The notes below the pieces were generated by a model. It had not been told where the DNA came from, made no database searches, and worked only from the letters and a program-made list of their open reading frames with translations. Positions 58,133 to 64,000 of a DNA stretch of 64,000 bases are shown piece by piece. Origin of the DNA: an uncultured Gammaproteobacteria bacterium (GTDB lineage Bacteria > Patescibacteriota > Microgenomatia > Levybacterales > GWA1-39-11); NCBI GenBank assembly GCA_964504535.1, contig CAZDED010000003.1, positions 70,850 through 134,849 of the forward strand, written 5' to 3'. Each line of letters starts with the position of its first letter. The first letter of the stretch is position 1. The position numbers and the translations under genes are program-made.

Positions 58133-58539
58133 TTATTGATTGGGGTTAGGGGTTTGCTACTATAGCACTCTGTTGCTATGTCCGCACTGATAAAAGACTC
58201 TCTGTGCTTGAAATTAATATCTGCAGTCCTTTCAGTTGTATTATCAAAAACTACTATTTCATTATTTGGGAACATCTCCTGTTTTATACCACCCACACTC
58301 CATTCAAGTGCACCCGTCTTTTGGTTTCTTACAAAAACATTCTCACCTAGAACTAATTTATAATTTACCAAACCATTTGTAGTATCAAGCAAATAAACCG
58401 GACTACCGGGATCGGTATTTTGAGGCTCAGTGTTGAAGGAGCATTTCATAAAATTGGTGTCTCGCTCCATCTCACAACCTGAAAATAACATACCCGAAAC
58501 AACAATAGAACCAACAACAGCTTTTCTAATTTCCAACAT
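58126..58539 (-). CDS. lipoprotein (lipobox LFSGC)
   Basis: signal plus Cys lipobox. Confidence 0.5.
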   Translation of the reverse strand: MLEIRKAVVGSIVVSGMLFSGCEMERDTNFMKCSFNTEPQNTDPGSPVYLLDTTNGLVNYKLVLGENVFVRNQKTGALEWSVGGIKQEMFPNNEIVVFDNTTERTADINFKHRESFISADIATECYSSKPLTPINNY

Positions 58540-58562
58540 AAGGTGGTAATTATAACGTAAAG

Positions 58563-59198
58563 TTACGTGGTTGTCCCAAAATACCTATCACCAAAATCTC
58601 CAAGACCTGGAACGATATATTTTTTGTCATTAAGTCCCTGATCTATTGAGGCAACAATAAATTTAACATCTGAATAAGATTTTTGAATTTTTTTAATACC
58701 AAATATCGTTGATACAACAGAAATTATGCGGATTTCTTTCGGATTTTCAGGAATAATTCTTTTTATAACATGTAAAATTGTCCCTCCAGTAGCAAGCATT
58801 GGGTCAACAATAAGAATTGTGTCTTTTGAAGTTATTGGGGGAAGTTTCCAATAATATTCATGCGCAGTTGCGTTTTTTTCGTCTCTATAGATTCCAGCAT
58901 ACCCAACTGAAGCATCAGGCAGCATATCTAACACAGATGGTAACATGGCTATCCCAGATCTTAGAATTACAACAACGACAAAATTATCAGTAATTTGTCT
59001 TCCTGTCGTTAGCTTTATAGGAGTTTCAATATCAACAGATGATGTATCCTTTTTTAGGATACTATTACTAATCAATTGCCTACACAAGCGCTCTGAAAAA
59101 TATCTAAATTGTTGTACTCCAGTATCCTTGCTTCGTATATGTGAAAGTGCATCGTCAACAATTGGGTTTGAAACGACAGTTACATTTGCAGGTATCAT
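58563..59198 (-). CDS. upp: uracil phosphoribosyltransferase
   Basis: PRPP loop IVDPMLATGGT; C-terminal YIVPGLGDFGDRYFGT. Confidence 0.85.
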   Translation of the reverse strand: MIPANVTVVSNPIVDDALSHIRSKDTGVQQFRYFSERLCRQLISNSILKKDTSSVDIETPIKLTTGRQITDNFVVVVILRSGIAMLPSVLDMLPDASVGYAGIYRDEKNATAHEYYWKLPPITSKDTILIVDPMLATGGTILHVIKRIIPENPKEIRIISVVSTIFGIKKIQKSYSDVKFIVASIDQGLNDKKYIVPGLGDFGDRYFGTTT

Positions 59199-59560
59199 AT
59201 TTTTTTCCCAGTATTCTTTAAATAACTATTAAGTATAAATAACCCACCAATCAGAAAAATAGGAAATGATATCAAAAAGAAATTCAGATAAAAGATATAC
59301 GTCTTAAATAAAATGGTAAAAATGAATGCTAATAAAATAAATATAACTCCTCCAATTTTTTCATATTTCCAAGCATAAGCTAACAAAATAGCAAGGATAA
59401 AATTGGGTATAAGATGCATAAAAAGAGCTACCGCGTAATATCCAAATGATTTTCCGGAAGTGAAAACATCAAGTGAAAAAATTGCAAGAAATAATATCAT
59501 TGCAACCCCCAATAATCTTGGGATCCAATATAAGTATCTGTATATTTTCATTTCTTTCAT
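59195..59560 (-). CDS. small integral membrane protein
   Basis: 4 TM. Confidence 0.4.
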   Translation of the reverse strand: MKEMKIYRYLYWIPRLLGVAMILFLAIFSLDVFTSGKSFGYYAVALFMHLIPNFILAILLAYAWKYEKIGGVIFILLAFIFTILFKTYIFYLNFFLISFPIFLIGGLFILNSYLKNTGKKI

Positions 59561-59575
59561 TATTCCTCCTTTGTC

Positions 59576-59815
59576 CTATTTGAACTTTGGATACATTATA
59601 GACTTTGATTCATCATCCTGTTCATCAATGTCGATATATGTATATTCGTATTCGTCATTATTGGTGAGAGATTGAATCTGATGACTAGTATTCACACTTA
59701 AATTTTCTCCATCAAACCATACCGCTCCGCAAGTATCACATAGATAACCACCTTTTGAGTTAACTTTAAATAGTATCTTCTTGATTGTATCTTCATCACA
59801 ATTCGGACATGTCAT
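59576..59815 (-). CDS. zinc-ribbon (TFIIB-type) domain protein
   Basis: CPNC...CDTCG Cys4. Confidence 0.45.
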   Translation of the reverse strand: MTCPNCDEDTIKKILFKVNSKGGYLCDTCGAVWFDGENLSVNTSHQIQSLTNNDEYEYTYIDIDEQDDESKSIMYPKFK

Positions 59816-60489
59816 AAAAAATCACCTTCTTCCGTTTTATTTTTCTTAAAATGCTCTTTATATTGTTTTAATAAATTGATTATTTCTTCGTCAGTAATTT
59901 GCTTGAAAGCATCATAATAGGCTCCGACAGAACCTAGATAGATATCATCCGTCGGGATCAGAAGCGCTACAAGCTCCTCTACTTCTCTGATAAGAATATC
60001 TGCTGTAGATCTTGACACTACAGGCACTGCAACAATTATTTTTTTGGGATTGCGATATTTGAGTTCTGAAATAGCAACTCGCATAGTCAAGCCGGTAGCA
60101 ACACCATCATCGACAAGAATTACAATTTTATTTTCAGGGGACGAAATATATTCAGTTGAAGAATATATTTTTCTCCTACTTATTGCCAACTGATGTTCCT
60201 TTTCAATCTCTCTTTTCAACCAGTCTTCGTCAACTGTCACTGATTCATTTCTATTAATAATTACCATCCCATTTTCAGAAACTGCAGCTATGGCATACTC
60301 AGAATTATTGGGATGCCCAATTTTGCGAGTGACTACAATATCAAATAAAGCATTTAAATACTTAGCAATCTCTATTCCACACACAACTCCTCCCCGGGGA
60401 ATCCCGTATACCACTGTATTCATGCCATAATATTTCTTCAGCTTGCGGGCAAGTAGTGCTCCTGCCTCAACTCTATTAGTAAATTGCAT
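59812..60489 (-). CDS. type I phosphoribosyltransferase-family protein
   Basis: PRPP motif VILVDDGVATGLTM. Confidence 0.6.
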   Translation of the reverse strand: MQFTNRVEAGALLARKLKKYYGMNTVVYGIPRGGVVCGIEIAKYLNALFDIVVTRKIGHPNNSEYAIAAVSENGMVIINRNESVTVDEDWLKREIEKEHQLAISRRKIYSSTEYISSPENKIVILVDDGVATGLTMRVAISELKYRNPKKIIVAVPVVSRSTADILIREVEELVALLIPTDDIYLGSVGAYYDAFKQITDEEIINLLKQYKEHFKKNKTEEGDFL

Positions 60490-60515
60490 AATCCCTTTTA
60501 GTAAAAAGCTATTAA

Positions 60516-60929
60516 TTACGAAATTTTAACTGCAATTTTCTTGGGTTTTGCTTCTAACGCTTTTGCAAAAGTGACTGTCATCACTCCATCCTTGCAAGTC
60601 GCATGTGGCTCTGCTTTTGGGTCAACATCGCCTGGTGACACCCTATAGAGAAAAGATCTTGTTGCACGTCTTTGATATGTCTTCCCCTTTTCTTCTTCTT
60701 TCTTCTCACCCTTTATTGTTAATACACCCTTAGTGAAGGTGACATCCACTTCTCTAGGATCTACCCCAGGAACTGCAGCCTCAACAAATACATTCTTGTT
60801 ATTTTCTGAAACAGTCAACCCATTTAAGTAATTGTTGGTTGGTAACATATCCTCTATCTCTTCGATGAAAGTAGGAAAAGATATCATTGGCAATCTCCAA
60901 AAATTTTTTGGTATCAAATCACCCGTCAT
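60516..60929 (-). CDS. Hsp20/alpha-crystallin small heat-shock protein
   Basis: ACD consensus ...GVLTIKGEK...DGVMTVTFAK. Confidence 0.75.
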   Translation of the reverse strand: MTGDLIPKNFWRLPMISFPTFIEEIEDMLPTNNYLNGLTVSENNKNVFVEAAVPGVDPREVDVTFTKGVLTIKGEKKEEEKGKTYQRRATRSFLYRVSPGDVDPKAEPHATCKDGVMTVTFAKALEAKPKKIAVKIS

Positions 60930-61447
60930 ATTTTTTCACCTCCTATCGTCGAAGGTCTTACCGTTAATACTGGACATTCTGCGTGTTGTATTATGTGTTT
61001 TGCTACTGATCCCAAAAGAACACCGCCAAGCCCAGTACGCCCATGCGTCGACATTGCTATCAAATCGACCTTCTCTTTTTTTGCAACATATAATATCGCT
61101 TCCTGGGCAAATCCCTCCCTAACATCCATTTTGATTTTCATTACTCCTTGGTCTTCAAACTCTTTTCTGATTTTATTAAGATTGTTTTTAGCTTTTTCTT
61201 TTATGACTTTTGTCAGCTTTAATAATTCTTCACCTAATGGGGAAATTGGTGGGTACATAGAAATGTTTGGGATTGCTATCCCAGAAGCCTCCTGTTTTGC
61301 TGAATCAATAATTTGAAGCAATAAAATTTCCGAATCGTATACTTTTGCTAATGAGACAACATATGGAATAATTGCTGATGCGCACTTAGAAGCATCATGA
61401 GTCATTAAGATTCTCTTGTAATTTATATTCCTACCCATATAGCACAT
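60926..61447 (-). CDS. universal stress protein (UspA family); true start may be ~61405
   Basis: C-terminal ATP motif MSTHGRTGLGGVLLGSVA...PVL. Confidence 0.75.
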   Translation of the reverse strand: MCYMGRNINYKRILMTHDASKCASAIIPYVVSLAKVYDSEILLLQIIDSAKQEASGIAIPNISMYPPISPLGEELLKLTKVIKEKAKNNLNKIRKEFEDQGVMKIKMDVREGFAQEAILYVAKKEKVDLIAMSTHGRTGLGGVLLGSVAKHIIQHAECPVLTVRPSTIGGEKI

Positions 61448-61499
61448 TTATAGAACTTATATTGTGAAAAGTCGATGATCCAAATCACAATGGACTATA

Positions 61500-62756
61500 T
61501 TACTTCGGGAGGACTTTTACTTGTGGGAGAGGGACAATAAATTTTGTTCCATTATTTACTAATTCTTTTTCACGAGCCATAAACCCATCGACAAAACTAT
61601 ATGGCAGTGCCAAAAGATAATCCGGCTTTGTTCTACGAAGTGCTTTCTCATCTTTTATCAAAATGTCAGCTCCGATAATATATTTCCCGAATTTAAAAGG
61701 ATTGCTGTCAGCTGCTGCATCAATATCTTTATTCGTGATATCACAATATTGTAAAATCGTACTCCCTTTGGTGGAAGCGCCATAAATCCAAATGCTTTTA
61801 TTTTCTTTTTTAAGTTTTGTTATAAGTTTTTGAAGATCAATCTTAGTCTTTTCTATCCTTTGCATAAAGTCTTTATAAGTTTTTACACTATTTAGTTTTT
61901 GTTTTTTTTCATTACTTAATATTTTCTTAAGCCTTTTTGTAGTTTTAAGTTTTAAGTTTGAAGTTTTTTTAACGAAAATTCGAAAACTCCCTCCATAAAC
62001 GTCATTGAGCATCACATCAAAAACCTCAAGCCCTGCTTTTTCCATAATCCATACCATATTTGTAGCAGTGTAATACCCTGCGTGTTCGTGGACGATATTG
62101 TCATACATATTTGTTGTTATCATCGTAGGCAGATATGCCATCTGTATGACCCACACACTATCCTCGTCCATAACATCTCTCACTTCTTTCGAAAAAGCCA
62201 CTGGGTCTGACAGATGATAGAACATAGCGATACTAAAAATTAACTTTGCCTTTTTGGCTGTTACCGTGTCGTATGTTTTTTTATTGAAGAAATCACAAAT
62301 ATAACGGTATCTAGTAGATTTGAAAACCGGCTTTATTTTTTGAGCGGGATCTATTGTTAAAAGATCCAATTTTTCTTTAGCAAAAAAAGAAAGAAGTGTC
62401 CCATCATTGCCACCGATATCTAAAATAAGATCATCCTTCTTCATTTGGACTAACGGATATGCACTGTCAACAACGTCTTTAAGAATTCCCACCATTGAAG
62501 AATTCGTTGAACTTGAGTATGGATACAATTCATACATTGAATCAAGGTTAATAAAATGCGCAAGCTGTAATGCACCGCAGGTGTTTTTTGTTTTTTTACA
62601 AAGTACGAGATCTAGGGGATACTTTTGCGCTTTCTTTCTGTAAGAAAGATTTTCCGGAAATACAGAGGAAAGATATTGGTCACCAAGATCTATGACCGGA
62701 AGAAGATCTGTATTTTTACAGACTCTACATTTTTTGACTTTTGTAACGTTGATCAT
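61500..62756 (-). CDS. SAM-dependent sugar C-methyltransferase-like (N-terminal Cys zinc ribbon, class I MTase, C-terminal C-MT domain)
   Basis: CRVCKNTDL; DIGGNDG glycine-rich SAM motif. Confidence 0.55.
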   Translation of the reverse strand: MINVTKVKKCRVCKNTDLLPVIDLGDQYLSSVFPENLSYRKKAQKYPLDLVLCKKTKNTCGALQLAHFINLDSMYELYPYSSSTNSSMVGILKDVVDSAYPLVQMKKDDLILDIGGNDGTLLSFFAKEKLDLLTIDPAQKIKPVFKSTRYRYICDFFNKKTYDTVTAKKAKLIFSIAMFYHLSDPVAFSKEVRDVMDEDSVWVIQMAYLPTMITTNMYDNIVHEHAGYYTATNMVWIMEKAGLEVFDVMLNDVYGGSFRIFVKKTSNLKLKTTKRLKKILSNEKKQKLNSVKTYKDFMQRIEKTKIDLQKLITKLKKENKSIWIYGASTKGSTILQYCDITNKDIDAAADSNPFKFGKYIIGADILIKDEKALRRTKPDYLLALPYSFVDGFMAREKELVNNGTKFIVPLPQVKVLPK

Positions 62757-63451
62757 ATATTTTTTATTCTTTCATTTAGATACTTTAGAATTTCTCTCGC
62801 ATCCGGAAATTCGGGCAACGGATTTTTGACAATTTGATGATCTAATTTCCCTTGAAATGGTACAACAATTTTTAAGTGTTTTGCAATTGCCTCAAGTGAT
62901 AGTGAATTTCTTGCACCTACCTCTACGATCCCAGTCGTATCCAAATTTTTTGCGATCCAATCTGTCACAAAATCAAGACTGGCAAAGCTATAGCGACTTC
63001 TACCGTCAACCCAAACTTTCTGCTTATTGAGTATATCAATGACGGATCCTTTTGAAAGCGTGTCTCCAAATGTTGATGTAAGACGCACTATTAAATTGTT
63101 GCCAAACAAACTTATCTTTTCGGCAGCCGCTTTGTTTCTACCATATACTTTATCCAATTCTGATCGAGCTGAAATTGTACTGATCTGAACAAACTTCTTA
63201 TATTTCCATGTGTAGACAAGATCTGCAGTTTTTCTTACTGTCTCAATGAAATCTTTTTCAGGATTTTGTTCTGCCCACAGCCTTTTTGCCGGCATTGCTG
63301 CATTGATCACAATATCAAAAGATCTTTTTGAAAAGTATGAATAATTGTCCCGTGTTACTCCTGTGACTTTGTATTTTTTGTCTTTTTGTAATTTCTCAAA
63401 AAGAGCACTTCCAATATAACCGCCAGAACCTATCACCGCCACCTGCTTCAT
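62753..63451 (-). CDS. NAD(P)-dependent sugar epimerase/reductase (short, RmlD-like)
   Basis: Rossmann VIGSGGYIGSAL. Confidence 0.5.
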   Translation of the reverse strand: MKQVAVIGSGGYIGSALFEKLQKDKKYKVTGVTRDNYSYFSKRSFDIVINAAMPAKRLWAEQNPEKDFIETVRKTADLVYTWKYKKFVQISTISARSELDKVYGRNKAAAEKISLFGNNLIVRLTSTFGDTLSKGSVIDILNKQKVWVDGRSRYSFASLDFVTDWIAKNLDTTGIVEVGARNSLSLEAIAKHLKIVVPFQGKLDHQIVKNPLPEFPDAREILKYLNERIKNI

Positions 63452-63864
63452 GAAGACTTCTGAATAACATCAATCCTAACAATAGGAGTCTTACAATCAT
63501 CCCAAGGTTTTGTCAGCAACGCAATTGCCGTCACGTTTGTTATTGCTTGGAAAGCATGCGCTACTCCGGGAGGAGTCCGTACGCAAGTACCGCGACTCAT
63601 ATGCACTACATTTTCTGGAGTCCCTTTCTCCGCTTTATAAACCATTGCCCCTGATCCTTCAACAACTAAAAAATATTCAACAAATTCAGGATGGTAGTGA
63701 TTTCCACGAATTATTCCTGTATTAAAATAGAGAAGATTGAATTCACGAATAGCATCCGGAGGTACCCAGGTAAATATCCCACCTCGCCCGTCTAACAACG
63801 TCTTGGTATCACAACTAGGTCTTAACAGGGTTGGTTTTTCTTTCTTTGGAAGACTTTTTTTCAT
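63448..63864 (-). CDS. cupin-fold sugar 3,4-ketoisomerase/epimerase (WxcM/FdtA-like)
   Basis: RGNHYHPE...VEGSG cupin motif. Confidence 0.5.
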   Translation of the reverse strand: MKKSLPKKEKPTLLRPSCDTKTLLDGRGGIFTWVPPDAIREFNLLYFNTGIIRGNHYHPEFVEYFLVVEGSGAMVYKAEKGTPENVVHMSRGTCVRTPPGVAHAFQAITNVTAIALLTKPWDDCKTPIVRIDVIQKSS

Positions 63865-64000
63865 TAAAGCAAGTCCCAGTATAGCAAGAGGTTATTAAGA
63901 ATACAAATGAGATTTTCTAGATTTAGCAAGGAGAATCGATCTAATATCCACTGTTATCAGAAGCACTGTCTTATTGACCTTCTTGTGGCACATATTGTTG

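Overview
This is an AT-rich, gene-dense bacterial window. Its compact housekeeping operons and two mevalonate-pathway genes fit a small-genome CPR/Patescibacteria-like lineage, but that placement is an inference. I could not run any searches, so every call below comes from reading the sequence and the ORF track by eye; coordinates of repeats and hairpins are approximate to a few nucleotides.

**Core genes.** The window holds the gyrA 3' end, folD, ruvC and yebC, efp, pepN, dnaB, cysS, the rpsR-ssb-rpsF operon, htrA, hisS, rpmE with an RF1-like release factor, proS, prs, ybaB, dnaX, ybeY, rpsU, ychF and upp. It also holds an Hsp20/UspA stress cluster and a partial deoxysugar cluster. There are two tRNAs, a Leu(CAA) on the plus strand and an Ala(CGC) on the minus strand. 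No rRNA, CRISPR array or transposase is visible.

**What stands out.** Several short GC-rich islands are embedded in the AT-rich backbone, and these are the best candidates for something undescribed:
- An ORF-free stretch of about 700 nt (about 50.5-51.25 kb) is packed with at least eight stem-loops capped by GNRA tetraloops. It looks like a large structured ncRNA or ribozyme of unknown class. I tested it by eye against RNase P and tmRNA and found no convincing match.
- A tandem set of related cassettes (about 0.84-2.15 kb) each carries a small, mostly two-helix membrane peptide gene behind a shared 5' repeat (GATTACAAGGTCC) and RBS context. Two of them end in a near-identical 30-nt nested hairpin whose GNRA tetraloops covary (GAGA versus GCAA).
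- A third island (about 47.3-48.1 kb) has a 17-bp perfect inverted repeat, a 48-aa membrane peptide, a 113-aa Cys-rich protein, and a strong intrinsic terminator.

**Smaller observations.**
- A conserved 120-bp element with TTCGAA palindromes sits immediately upstream of both dnaB and ssb.
- A Xer-like tyrosine recombinase is flanked on one side by 20-bp direct repeats and on the other by a 1.1-kb ORF-free region of dispersed TAGCCTCAAA motifs.
- An IPK-IDI gene pair points to a mevalonate pathway.
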